Shown piece by piece: positions 1-9,158 of a stretch of 32,000 nucleotides of DNA; the first letter of the stretch is position 1; the number at the start of each line of letters is the position of its first letter. A model generated the notes under the pieces. That model was not told the DNA's origin, made no database searches, and worked only from the letters and a program-made list of their open reading frames with translations. Both the position numbers and the translations under genes were made by a program. The DNA lies in assembly GCA_045598005.1 (NCBI GenBank), contig JAZLLF010000021.1, forward strand, positions 19,952 through 51,951. The letters are read 5' to 3'. Origin of the DNA: Saccharofermentans sp. GTDB lineage: Bacteria; Bacillota; Clostridia; Saccharofermentanales; Saccharofermentanaceae.

Positions 1-1
1 T

Positions 2-712
2 TGTAAAGATCTTCAGAATCCAAGAGAATTTGGTTTTCCAAGATGGCATATAAAGGATATTACTTACTATACTGAGTCCTTTGAGACTGTTTATATAAGT
101 GCTCCTGCTAATTTTAACGTTTATGTTAATGACGTTCTTCTTGATGAGTTTTATGTCTGTTCAGATGAAGTAAAACCATCAGATGAAAGTTACGTTGCTG
201 AGTATAATACTATGCCTGGAATACATGATTTCTATGTAGCTGATCTTTATCTTGAGCCAGAGGTTCGAATTACAGATATGTATGACCAGGAAGTTGAAGT
301 TTTCTATGACGAAAGCAGAGATATTTACTCTACAGGATATACAGATCAGCATCCTGAAAGAGAAGAAATAGAAGAGTTTGCGATTAATTACACAATTACT
401 TTTGCAAATGTTATTTCGAGAGATGAGAGACTTCAGAATCTGGAGCCTTATTTCCCTGAAGGAAGTCAGCTTTATGACTCCATAAGCCGTAATACTGCAC
501 TTCTTTACTTCATGGGTCATTCTTCTACTACTATTGAGAACGAGGAAGTAAGAGAGTTTATCGCTTATTCTGAAGATGTTATTTATATTGAAGTATATAT
601 CGAGCAGCATATGACAGTTGGTTATAACGAGATTCAGGTTGTGCCAACAAATGCACGTATTTATCTTGTAAGAATTGATGGGGAATGGAAGGTTGCTTCC
701 ATGCGATTCTAA
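2..712 (+). CDS. hypothetical protein, 5'-truncated by the window edge
   Basis: The frame of tracked ORF 212..712 stays open back to base 2 (I translated it and found no stop), so the gene starts upstream of the window. Stop is TAA at 710-712. No motif I recognise. Confidence 0.5.
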   Translation, partial: CKDLQNPREFGFPRWHIKDITYYTESFETVYISAPANFNVYVNDVLLDEFYVCSDEVKPSDESYVAEYNTMPGIHDFYVADLYLEPEVRITDMYDQEVEVFYDESRDIYSTGYTDQHPEREEIEEFAINYTITFANVISRDERLQNLEPYFPEGSQLYDSISRNTALLYFMGHSSTTIENEEVREFIAYSEDVIYIEVYIEQHMTVGYNEIQVVPTNARIYLVRIDGEWKVASMRF

Positions 713-726
713 GGAAAAAGTTATAG

Positions 727-1800
727 GTGAAAAAAGTGGAAATTCCGGTAATTATTCCTGCATATGAGCCTGACTATCAGCTGATTGAATTACTTGAGAC
801 TTTAGTCGATGGAAAGAAGAAAATCATTCTTGTAAATGATGGCAGCTCATCAGATTATGACGACATTTTTAAAGAAAGTAGTGCCCTGATTGCACCTTCG
901 GGTGGAGTCCTTCTTACTCATGAAGTTAATCGTGGTAAGGGAAGAGCACTTAAGACAGCATTTGATTATGTAATTAATAACATCCCTGATGCTATTGGTG
1001 TTGTTACGGCTGATTCTGATGGCCAGCATACTGTTGAGTGCATAAATAAGGTTACAGATGAATTCATTAATCACCCTGACTGCCTGATTCTCGGTGTCAG
1101 AAATTTTGATGGTGACGATATTCCATGGAAGAGTAAGTTTGGAAACAAACTTACAATGAAAGTCATGAAATTTGTTTCAGGTCTTAGTATAAGCGATACC
1201 CAGACTGGGTTAAGAGCCATACCGCTTTCTTTCATGAAGGAACTTTTAAATGTCGGAGGAGACCGCTTCGAGTTTGAGACCGAAATGCTTCTTGAGACAA
1301 GAGACAGATACGATATAAGAGAAGTGACGATTCTTACAATTTACGAGTCAAAGGAGAATCACCAGACTCACTTTAATCCTATCAGGGATTCAATCAAGAT
1401 ATATAAGATTCTTGGAAGACAGTTTATGAGATATATTCTTGCTTCTGGAAGTTCATTTGTACTTGATATCCTTCTGTTTTGGATTTTCTGCAAAGTATTT
1501 AAAGATTTAAGTGGTTACATTTTTATCTCGACTGTGCTTTCTAGAATATTCTCTTCTATTTTTAATTTTGCAGTTAACTACAAAAAGGTATTTAAAAGCA
1601 GCGAAAGCGTTTTGAAATCAGCTGTAAAATATTTCTGTCTTGTAATTATTCAGATGAGTTTAAGTGCTGTTCTTGTTCATCTTGGAGTAAAACTTACAAG
1701 CGGTAATGAAGTACTTATTAAAGTAATAGTTGATACTGTGTTATTCTTTATTAGCTTTAAGGTTCAGCAAAGACTTGTTTTCGCGAAGGGAAAAAGGTGA
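727..1800 (+). CDS. family 2 glycosyltransferase with C-terminal GtrA-like membrane domain
   Basis: GT-A/GT2 hallmarks VIIPAYEPD, VNDGSSSDY and TADSDGQH (DxD-like), followed by about four hydrophobic helices (SSFVLDILLFWIF..., VLFFISF) as in GtrA-type domains. Start is GTG 727; in-frame GTG 736 has a better SD (AGGTGA 725-730). Confidence 0.8.
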   Translation: MKKVEIPVIIPAYEPDYQLIELLETLVDGKKKIILVNDGSSSDYDDIFKESSALIAPSGGVLLTHEVNRGKGRALKTAFDYVINNIPDAIGVVTADSDGQHTVECINKVTDEFINHPDCLILGVRNFDGDDIPWKSKFGNKLTMKVMKFVSGLSISDTQTGLRAIPLSFMKELLNVGGDRFEFETEMLLETRDRYDIREVTILTIYESKENHQTHFNPIRDSIKIYKILGRQFMRYILASGSSFVLDILLFWIFCKVFKDLSGYIFISTVLSRIFSSIFNFAVNYKKVFKSSESVLKSAVKYFCLVIIQMSLSAVLVHLGVKLTSGNEVLIKVIVDTVLFFISFKVQQRLVFAKGKR

Positions 1801-1804
1801 AGAG

Positions 1805-2746
1805 ATGTTTTATAAATTTGGTGACAGCGTTATTGAGCAGAAGAAGTATTCTCCTAATAAGAACGGGCTTACTGCAGGCTATGTAAAATACGACGAGCTT
1901 GTATCTCTTGCAGATAAGCTTAAATTTGATAAATCTACAGTAGATTCATGTGAGAGTACCAGTACTATCTTCAGATCTGGAATCGAGATTTACGATGACT
2001 ATACTTTTACTGAACTTAAGGTAATTGATCCTGTTCATCAGGAAGGTGACGATAATACAGATTATCTTGCACTTTATTTTAAGCGCGATACTTTGATTGT
2101 AGTTGATGTTGAGGATACGGATTTATCTACAAAGAATAAGTTTGAGCGTGCACTTAAAAGATTCTCATCTTCTACAATGAACCTTGAGAAGTTAACTTAT
2201 GCATTCTTTGACGAACTTCTTTCGAAGGATGTTGGATATATTGAGAAGCTTGGTATTCAGGTGTCTGATATAGAGGAAAGTATTCTCGATGGAACTCCTG
2301 ACGATGACATCAATGCTACTCTTCTTAAGATGAAGCGTAAGCTTTTGGAGATGCATAACTACTATGAGCAGTGCCTTGATATTTTTGAGACACTTGATGC
2401 AAATGAGAACGATATCTTCGAGACAGATTCTCTTATGTACATTGCAAATATCACTCAGAGAGTAACCAGACTTCGTGAGGATGTTGATTCTATTAATAAT
2501 GCGGTTGTTCATTTGCAGGATGCATATTCAGCTTATCTTGATAAGAAAATGAATAATACAATGAAGTACCTTACTGTCCTTTCAACAATCTTTTTCCCAC
2601 TTACAATTATTGTAGGCTGGTATGGAATGAACTTTATTCATATGCCTGAGTTTAACTGGCAGTTTGGATACATTTATGTAATTGGTCTTTCGCTTCTGAC
2701 AATTGTTATTGTTGCATTGATTGCCAGATGGAAAAAGTGGTTTTAA
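1805..2746 (+). CDS. corA: CorA-family Mg2+/Co2+ transporter
   Basis: Signature GWYGMNF (GMN motif) between two C-terminal TM helices, with an acidic cytoplasmic N-domain. ATG 1805 follows AAGGTGA and removes the overlap that the tracked 1730 start creates with the upstream gene. Confidence 0.85.
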   Translation: MFYKFGDSVIEQKKYSPNKNGLTAGYVKYDELVSLADKLKFDKSTVDSCESTSTIFRSGIEIYDDYTFTELKVIDPVHQEGDDNTDYLALYFKRDTLIVVDVEDTDLSTKNKFERALKRFSSSTMNLEKLTYAFFDELLSKDVGYIEKLGIQVSDIEESILDGTPDDDINATLLKMKRKLLEMHNYYEQCLDIFETLDANENDIFETDSLMYIANITQRVTRLREDVDSINNAVVHLQDAYSAYLDKKMNNTMKYLTVLSTIFFPLTIIVGWYGMNFIHMPEFNWQFGYIYVIGLSLLTIVIVALIARWKKWF

Positions 2747-2751
2747 CTAAA

Positions 2752-4107
2752 TCAGCTTCTAGTTAAGTCCTTAACCCACTTATACTTTTTGAAGTGGTAC
2801 ATAACCCACGGAATCTTTCCACATTCATCAAGGCATGTGCATGAGAATACAACAAGTACAGGCCAGTGGAATACAAATGCGCCCAAAGCAGCAAGTGGAA
2901 TTGCAATAAGCCACATTGCTACAACGAGGCTGTACATATCAAAGAGTGTGTCGCCTCCTGCTGCAAATACACCATTAATTACGATTGTATTTACGCATCT
3001 TCCAATCATGTAAAATGCCATGATTACAAGCATCCAGAGAAGGTAAAACTCCGCCTTCTCAGACAGCTTCATGTACATAAGAATGAATGGAATAAGAAGA
3101 ATCATAAGAATAGTAGAGCCAAAGCCAACAAGGAATGAGAGTGACTTAAGTCTTGTGCCGTAAACTTTACCAAGTTCAAGATTACCAACGCCAAGTTCAT
3201 TTCCTACGATAATTCCACCAGCGCTACAGATACCGTTACATACGCAGCATAAAACATCACGAACTACACCTGCTACAGCATTTGCAGCAGTGGCATCAGA
3301 GCCCATATGTCCCATGATTGCTGTGTAGGATGTAAATCCGATACTCCACAAAAGACATCCTCCAAGAAGTGGCATCATGCACTTAAGAAAATCCTTATGA
3401 ATAAGTCCTTCGTGAACAAAAATATCCTTTATAGAAGGAAGTACGTAAGTCTTACGAAGTGACAAAATAAATGCGAGAATAAGTTCAACCGTTCTCGAAA
3501 GAAGTGTAGCGATAGCGGCACCTTTTGCATACATTGGCTCTAATCCAAAAAGGCCAAAGATAAAAATTCCGTTGAAAATAATATTAAGTACAACAGCAAC
3601 AGAACTTACAACAGCACTTGTTTTTGCATGATTCGTTACCTTCATCATTGATAGGAGGCACTGCGAAAATCCAGTCATAATATATGACCAGCCAGCAATC
3701 TTAAGATACTCTGTACCGATTGCATTAAGGTTAGGATCATTTGTAAAAAGGGTCATGAGCTTATCCGGAATAAGCACACACCCAACAGCTGTAAGAATGG
3801 AAATTACAGCTATATAAATAACTCCAAGACCAAATACGTCTTTAAGTCTCTTGTTATCCTTCTTGCCAAAATACTGTGCACCAAGAATCATAAGAGTACT
3901 TGTTGCACAGGAGATAATCATGTTCTGAATAAACTGCACTTGTGTTGCAAGTGATACGGCCCCCATCTGATCCTGGGAAATTCTTCCAAGCATTGCTGAG
4001 TCAGCAACTGCTACAAGTGAGAGAAGAAGTCCTTGTAGAGCAATAGGCAAAGTAAGTTTCCAAAGCTTTTTATAAAAATCTTTATCTTCGAAGAGTTTAA
4101 TTGTCAT
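2752..4107 (-). CDS. MATE family efflux transporter
   Basis: 451 aa and about 12 hydrophobic segments. N-terminus (LWKLTLPIALQGLL..., ADSAMLGR) and overall pattern are typical of MATE/NorM-like exporters. Confidence 0.85.
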   Translation of the reverse strand: MTIKLFEDKDFYKKLWKLTLPIALQGLLLSLVAVADSAMLGRISQDQMGAVSLATQVQFIQNMIISCATSTLMILGAQYFGKKDNKRLKDVFGLGVIYIAVISILTAVGCVLIPDKLMTLFTNDPNLNAIGTEYLKIAGWSYIMTGFSQCLLSMMKVTNHAKTSAVVSSVAVVLNIIFNGIFIFGLFGLEPMYAKGAAIATLLSRTVELILAFILSLRKTYVLPSIKDIFVHEGLIHKDFLKCMMPLLGGCLLWSIGFTSYTAIMGHMGSDATAANAVAGVVRDVLCCVCNGICSAGGIIVGNELGVGNLELGKVYGTRLKSLSFLVGFGSTILMILLIPFILMYMKLSEKAEFYLLWMLVIMAFYMIGRCVNTIVINGVFAAGGDTLFDMYSLVVAMWLIAIPLAALGAFVFHWPVLVVFSCTCLDECGKIPWVMYHFKKYKWVKDLTRS

Positions 4108-4230
4108 TATGAATACCCCAACATTTTTCTTCCACGTGTATTCATACTAACATTTTACATGTGCCATGAATTATAGATATGTTGTTAATATGTTGAATTC
4201 ATTGCAGAATTTGAAATTAGATGTTGAATT

Positions 4231-4249
4231 ATTATCCTTAGAGGATAAT
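4231..4249. promoter_or_regulatory. perfect 7-bp inverted repeat ATTATCC-N5-GGATAAT in the divergent MATE intergenic region (candidate operator)
   Basis: Read directly: attatcc (4231-4237), ttaga, ggataat (4243-4249). It overlaps a GATAAT -10-like hexamer (4244-4249). ATGTTG(A/T)(A/T)TT repeats lie at about 4179, 4190 and 4221. Confidence 0.3.
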
Positions 4250-4298
4250 CATTAATAACTGATGTATGAATTAAGTGAAAGAAGTAAAAGAACAGGTA

Positions 4299-5621
4299 AT
4301 GGATAAGAACAGACTTAAAAAACTGATACTTCCACTTTTTATGGAGCAGCTTCTTGCTGTTACTGTAGGTTTTGCGGATACACTTATGGTGTCTACAGCA
4401 GGTGAAGCCGCAGTATCAGGAGTGGCACTTGTTGATACCATAAATCTTCTTGTTATACAGGTGATGGCAGCTTTTGCCTCAGGTGGTATTGTCGTAATAA
4501 GCCAGTATATAGGTGAGAAGAACGACAGTAATGCTCGTAATGCCTGTAGGCACTTAGAGATTCTAATAAACACCTTTTCGATATTTGTGATGGGAATTTT
4601 CCTTGTTTTTGGACATCCTATCCTTAAGACGCTGTTTGGAAAAATTGAAGATGATGTTATGTCAGCGGCATATATTTATATGCTTATTACTTCTGTTTCC
4701 TTTGTTTTCTGGGGAATTTATTCTTCTGGCGCTGCGATTTTAAGATGTCAGGAAAACACCAAAACTTCCATGAAGGTAAGTGTTTTTATGAATCTTTTAA
4801 ATGTGGCCTTAAATGCCATTTTTGTGTTTGGTTTTAAGATGGGAGTAATGGGTGTTGCAATAGCGACATTAATAAGCAGGGCAGCAGCTGGAACAATAAT
4901 GAAGTATATAATTGTGTCTTCAAAGAATAATCTTCGTACCTGGGGTGATAAATCTCTTAAACTTTCATCTTCCATGATGAGAAGAATTCTTGGCATGGGC
5001 GTTCCAAGTGGAATTGAGAATGGAATGTTCCATGTAGGTAAACTCGTTCTTACAAGTGTTATTGCAACTTTGGGAACAACCGCAATTGCCGCTAATTCAA
5101 TTGCTTATCAGATTATTGAGTTTCCAAATATTCCTGGAAATACCATAGGCCTTGCCCTTGTTGTAATTGTAGGTCAGGACATTGGTGCTGGATTTAAGGA
5201 AAAAGCAGTTTCAGATACAAAATATCTAATAAAGTTTGCTTATATTTGCGACTGGATTTGTAAAATCGCGTTATTTTTCCTAGCTCCAGTAATTGTATCT
5301 GCATTTAATCTGTCTTCAGATGCTGTAAGTATTGCCGTTCTTGTTTTAAGATGTTTCTCAATCGCGTCACTTCCTATCTGGCCACTTAGTTTTACAATGC
5401 CAAGTGCATTAAGAGGAGCTGGAGATGTGCGTTATTCAATGATTGCAAGTATTATTTCCATGTGGATTGGAAGAGTTCTTGTGAGTTATATTCTCATTAC
5501 TGTATTTAATCTTGGAATTCTTGGAGTCTGGATTGGAATGTTTGTTGACTGGTACGGAAGAGGCATCAGTTATTTAATCCGTTTTAAGTCTTCCAAGTGG
5601 CTTAATAAGAAAGCAGTCTGA
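4299..5621 (+). CDS. MATE family efflux transporter
   Basis: Polytopic; N-terminus MDKNRLKKLILPLFMEQLL...ADTLMVS is MATE-like. The tracked GTG 4275 start is possible, but ATG 4299 gives the canonical N-terminus. Divergent from the other MATE gene. Confidence 0.8.
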   Translation: MDKNRLKKLILPLFMEQLLAVTVGFADTLMVSTAGEAAVSGVALVDTINLLVIQVMAAFASGGIVVISQYIGEKNDSNARNACRHLEILINTFSIFVMGIFLVFGHPILKTLFGKIEDDVMSAAYIYMLITSVSFVFWGIYSSGAAILRCQENTKTSMKVSVFMNLLNVALNAIFVFGFKMGVMGVAIATLISRAAAGTIMKYIIVSSKNNLRTWGDKSLKLSSSMMRRILGMGVPSGIENGMFHVGKLVLTSVIATLGTTAIAANSIAYQIIEFPNIPGNTIGLALVVIVGQDIGAGFKEKAVSDTKYLIKFAYICDWICKIALFFLAPVIVSAFNLSSDAVSIAVLVLRCFSIASLPIWPLSFTMPSALRGAGDVRYSMIASIISMWIGRVLVSYILITVFNLGILGVWIGMFVDWYGRGISYLIRFKSSKWLNKKAV

Positions 5622-5638
5622 TATAGGAGATTATTGTT

Positions 5639-6247
5639 ATGAAATATGTTGCTTTAACATTCGATGACGGTCCATCTAATATTACTTCGAAGGTTCTTGA
5701 TATTTTGGAAGAGAGAGGTATCGTTGGCTCTTTTTTCCTAATTGGCGATCATATTACGGTTGATACAAAAGAGGTAATTGAAAGGCAGATTAAAATGGGG
5801 TGTGAGCTTTGTAATCACTCCCTTACACATAATGACATGACATGCTTTGACGGTGAGATTATTTCTCTCGAAATAGAGGAAACCACAAGACGTATTGAAG
5901 CTTATGCAGGCGTTACGCCTAAGTTTTTTAGGCCTCCATTTATTTCTGTTAATGACACTATGTATGAGAATATTGATCTTCCATTTATCTGTGGTGTTGA
6001 TAGTCTTGACTGGGATTATAAGGTTAGTGCTGAAGAGAGAGTTAACAACATTATGAACGGTGTAAAAGATGGTGCAATTATTCTTATGCATGATTTTACT
6101 GATAACCAGAATACACTTGATGCACTTCCTATTGTTATCGATAAGCTTAAGGAGCAGGATTATAAATTTGTTACTGTAAGTGAGCTTTTTGAGATTAAAA
6201 ATGTTAATCCATGTAAGCCTAATTATATCTGGACTTATGTTGAGTAA
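5639..6247 (+). CDS. polysaccharide deacetylase (NodB homology / CE4 family)
   Basis: CE4 motifs in order: ALTFDDGP, HSLTH, FRPPF, ILMHD. Confidence 0.85.
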   Translation: MKYVALTFDDGPSNITSKVLDILEERGIVGSFFLIGDHITVDTKEVIERQIKMGCELCNHSLTHNDMTCFDGEIISLEIEETTRRIEAYAGVTPKFFRPPFISVNDTMYENIDLPFICGVDSLDWDYKVSAEERVNNIMNGVKDGAIILMHDFTDNQNTLDALPIVIDKLKEQDYKFVTVSELFEIKNVNPCKPNYIWTYVE

Positions 6248-6259
6248 AGGAGAGAACCA

Positions 6260-6673
6260 ATGATTAAAAAATTAATGCATGATCCGCTTTTCCTTGCGCA
6301 GAAGTCAGTTGCAGCAACGAAGGAAGATAGACAAGTAATAACAGATCTTCAGGATACTTTGAAATCACTTCGTGGTGAGTGCATTGGTATGGCTGCCAAT
6401 ATGATTGGCGTTAAGAAAAACATAATCATTGCCACAATTGGATTTACCAACATGATTCTTGTAAACCCTATAATCGTGTCAAAAGAGGGCCAATATGAAA
6501 CAGAAGAAGGGTGCTTGTCTCTTCTTGGTGGTCCACGTCCATGTACAAGATATCGCACAATAGAAGTTGAGTATATGGATGAGAAATTCCGCAGTCAGAA
6601 GAGAATTTTTACTGGTCTTTCTGCTCAGATTATCCAGCATGAAGTTGACCATACTATGGGAATATTAATCTAG
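6260..6673 (+). CDS. def: peptide deformylase (short form)
   Basis: Three PDF motifs: GMAANMIGV (motif 1, with Q replaced by M), EGCLS (motif 2), QHEVDH (HExxH, motif 3). Confidence 0.85.
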   Translation: MIKKLMHDPLFLAQKSVAATKEDRQVITDLQDTLKSLRGECIGMAANMIGVKKNIIIATIGFTNMILVNPIIVSKEGQYETEEGCLSLLGGPRPCTRYRTIEVEYMDEKFRSQKRIFTGLSAQIIQHEVDHTMGILI

Positions 6674-6687
6674 AATTCAAAGTGTTT

Positions 6688-6720
6688 GACCCCACAGGAT
6701 TTTTTCCTGCGGGGTCTTTA
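6688..6720 (+). terminator. rho-independent terminator after def
   Basis: GACCCCACAGG - attttt t loop - CCTGCGGGGTC (11-bp stem with one A:C mismatch), followed by TTTA. Confidence 0.6.
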
Positions 6721-6746
6721 GATGTTGGAAATAATTGAGATATAAT
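6717..6746 (+). promoter_or_regulatory. candidate sigma-A promoter of the large cluster (-35 TTTAGA, 18-nt spacer, -10 TATAAT)
   Basis: TATAAT at 6741-6746 and TTTAGA at 6717-6722. Downstream are RBS GGGAGG at 6766-6771 and ATG at 6780. Confidence 0.4.
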
Positions 6747-6779
6747 AGTAGAAGGGCACATCTTTGGGAGGTTTGTTTT

Positions 6780-8435
6780 ATGGATTACAATCAGGGAACC
6801 ATTACTAGAAGACTTGAGTCAGTTCGTGAGAATCTGGGTGAAGAATTTGGAGCTTTTTGTACTCAGTTTGAGATGAATAAGAAGCTTGATAAGCTTAATC
6901 GTTCAAGAGGCACTTCTGTATATAGTGAAAATCTTGGAAATCTTATGGATCTCCTCGATGTTTTGAAGATTGATTTTGATGACAGTCGCGAGGATTATGA
7001 TTATTACGACAAGCTTGTAAGAAATATTGAATTCCCTGAACTTACTGATCTTGAAGAGAAGATGATTTATAAACTCTACAAGATCTATGAAGAGTACCCA
7101 CTCCCTGAAGAATATATGCTCCGAATTGTAAATCGTCTTTCAAAGCCAGAGGATAACTGGCAGGACGATACATTAAGACTTCGTATTCTGAAGCAGTTCA
7201 TTAAGTATGGGAATTATCTTTACGATGCTGAGGCTGGTGGTAAGGGTTTTATTAAGAAGTACGTAAAGGCAAAGATTGGAAAGATTTCTTCCAAGAATGA
7301 GCTTGAAGATATTCTTGATAATGTTGATGATGCTATCTTTGATGTTCTTTCTGGTGGAACAAAGGATCAGAAGGAATTTTCTGGTACATATGGTCTTTTG
7401 AAAATTTGTGATGATTTGGCATCAGGTCAGTTCAGAATGGGTGGTGCTACAAAGAAGAATCTTTACCTTTTTGCTATCTGCTATGGAATGACATTCTATA
7501 TTGGTAAGGATGGCGATTCACAGATTATCGATTACAAGACTGATATCGAGAAGAATCTTTTCCGTGATTACTATGTAAATAATCTCATGAGATTTTTGAC
7601 TAATTCTTATAAGGAGAACCGTAATAGCTTCGAGAAGGAGCCAAACGGTCTTGGAATTAACTATAAGAATTTTGCTGAGATGATTTATATTTACTATCTT
7701 GCAAAGCCTGACAGTGAGATGTCTCCAGCTGAGAAAATTAAGTGCGCAACAGAGATGATTAACAGAATCAAGGATAAGGCGTATAAGAGTGGTCTTGAGA
7801 AGAAGAATCCTGCAACTTTGTATCTTAAGGATATGTTCTGTGACGATATTCTTATGAAGTCATCTGAAGATTTTGAAGAGTACATCACTACTTATTATGA
7901 CTGTGATACTTACATTGTTTATAACGGTAAGAGCGGAAACAAGGTAAGTGAAATGCAGGTTTCAACAGGTCAGAATACTGCTTTCGAGTGCTTTAAGGAG
8001 CTTATTGAAGAGATTGAGGATGAAGTTTCTGTTGAAGATATTTCATATGTGTCATGGATTGAAGATTTGAAGATTGATGCTTATGAGAAATATAAGGCGA
8101 AGTATCCTGATATTGATAAAGAGAAGTTCGAAGAGTTCCTTGCTCTCATTTTTGAGATGGACAGAACTGTCGATATTAAGGAGAAAATTGAAGAGATTAA
8201 CACTTCCAAGGAAGTATCAAGAACAGCTATTGTTGTAGCTTCCTACCATCTTTTCAATTTAAGAAGAGAAGATGACGACACAAGAAGCATTGCAACTTTT
8301 ACTGAAATTTTTGATGAGTTTGCTTCTGAAGCAAACGTTGTACTTAATAATTGTGCTTACCAGCAACTTAACTGTAAGAATATTTTTGATGTGTTAATTG
8401 TATTCTCAATTTATGTAAGTCAGTACGTAGATTAA
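6780..8435 (+). CDS. hypothetical acidic protein (551 aa), first gene of the cluster
   Basis: Long ORF. ATG 6780 lies 8 nt after GGGAGG; the tracked TTG 6735 start would overlap the -10 box. D/E/K-rich, no TM segment, no motif I can name. Confidence 0.6.
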   Translation: MDYNQGTITRRLESVRENLGEEFGAFCTQFEMNKKLDKLNRSRGTSVYSENLGNLMDLLDVLKIDFDDSREDYDYYDKLVRNIEFPELTDLEEKMIYKLYKIYEEYPLPEEYMLRIVNRLSKPEDNWQDDTLRLRILKQFIKYGNYLYDAEAGGKGFIKKYVKAKIGKISSKNELEDILDNVDDAIFDVLSGGTKDQKEFSGTYGLLKICDDLASGQFRMGGATKKNLYLFAICYGMTFYIGKDGDSQIIDYKTDIEKNLFRDYYVNNLMRFLTNSYKENRNSFEKEPNGLGINYKNFAEMIYIYYLAKPDSEMSPAEKIKCATEMINRIKDKAYKSGLEKKNPATLYLKDMFCDDILMKSSEDFEEYITTYYDCDTYIVYNGKSGNKVSEMQVSTGQNTAFECFKELIEEIEDEVSVEDISYVSWIEDLKIDAYEKYKAKYPDIDKEKFEEFLALIFEMDRTVDIKEKIEEINTSKEVSRTAIVVASYHLFNLRREDDDTRSIATFTEIFDEFASEANVVLNNCAYQQLNCKNIFDVLIVFSIYVSQYVD

Positions 8436-8458
8436 TTTAAAGGAATTGTTGTTAAGAA

Positions 8459-9145
8459 GTGGTACACGAATTTACATTTATTGGAAAGCATCACAGAGAG
8501 AATAATATGGGTGCTCAGGATTATACCTGTTTTGAAGAAGGTCCAAGATATCTGGTAACAGTTCTTGCTGACGGTGTTTCAACGTGCCCGAATTCTTACG
8601 AGGGAGCAAAGGTCTGCTGCGAAGCTTTGAAAGCAATTTTCTTCGCGAAAGCAGAATATTTCTTTGAATTCGACGAAGAGAAAATAAAGGATCTTGCAAT
8701 GTCACATGTCCTTTATGAACTTCGAAAGTATGTTGAATTAAATGGTGGAAAACTTGAAGATTATTCAAGTACTCTTGCAGGAGTTCTTTACGACAAGAAG
8801 GAAGAGCGCTATATAACTTTAAGTGTTGGCGACAGTTTAATTATCGGCTCAGGCTTTGGTAAATGTGAGACTTTGTCCATGCCTTATGATTCAACTTCTG
8901 GCTGTCCTGTTACTACAACAAATAATGTTTTGGAAGTTACAGAAGTTAAGATTTCAGACTCAGCCAATTTTGAGTCAATTACTATTTTTACTGATGGTGC
9001 ATGGAGAGAACTCTATAATCGTAACAGCATGAAGAAGAATATTGAGATTTCTCTTATTAATGGCGATTTGAAAAATATCGAAGATTCATTAATAGAATGC
9101 GAGCCTTTTGATGACAGCAGTTTTATAACTGCCATCTTGGTATAA
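8459..9145 (+). CDS. PP2C-family Ser/Thr protein phosphatase
   Basis: PP2C motif order: GKHHRENNMGAQDY (R..N.D), VLADGVS (DG metal site), SVGDSLI (GDS), IFTDGAW, FDDSSFITAILV (terminal DD). GTG 8459 is the first possible start after an in-frame TAA; ATG 8507 is an alternative. Confidence 0.75.
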   Translation: MVHEFTFIGKHHRENNMGAQDYTCFEEGPRYLVTVLADGVSTCPNSYEGAKVCCEALKAIFFAKAEYFFEFDEEKIKDLAMSHVLYELRKYVELNGGKLEDYSSTLAGVLYDKKEERYITLSVGDSLIIGSGFGKCETLSMPYDSTSGCPVTTTNNVLEVTEVKISDSANFESITIFTDGAWRELYNRNSMKKNIEISLINGDLKNIEDSLIECEPFDDSSFITAILV

Positions 9146-9158
9146 GGTCGGAGGATTT

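Noticed and set aside
179-610. 143-aa ORF on the minus strand
   Set aside because: It is fully antisense to the open + frame (2..712). Its translation is I/N/F/L/S-rich junk typical of the reverse strand of AT-rich coding DNA, with no RBS context.
1730-1804. Upstream alternative starts given by the ORF track (1730 for corA, 6735 for the orphan gene, 17148 and 19304 for vWA paralogues 1 and 2)
   Set aside because: Each would overlap the preceding gene or a promoter element and adds non-homologous residues. Downstream ATGs have SD-like sequences and give N-termini consistent with the family or with the paralogues (MRK... signal peptides).
2744-2754. Convergent corA and MATE genes separated by only 5 bp with no terminator hairpin
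   Set aside because: This is unusual-looking but not informative. Terminators may lie inside the opposing coding regions, and I saw no structure worth reporting.
6260-6673. Short (137-aa) peptide deformylase with M instead of Q in motif 1 as a possible inactive paralogue
   Set aside because: The metal-binding EGCLS and HExxH motifs are intact and short PDFs are common in Firmicutes. There is no evidence of inactivation from sequence alone.
6780-6900. Possible HTH at the N-terminus of the orphan first gene (ITRRLESVRENLGEEFGAFCTQF)
   Set aside because: It fits an Xre-type HTH pattern only loosely, lacking a clear turn glycine and recognition helix. This cannot be supported without a profile search.
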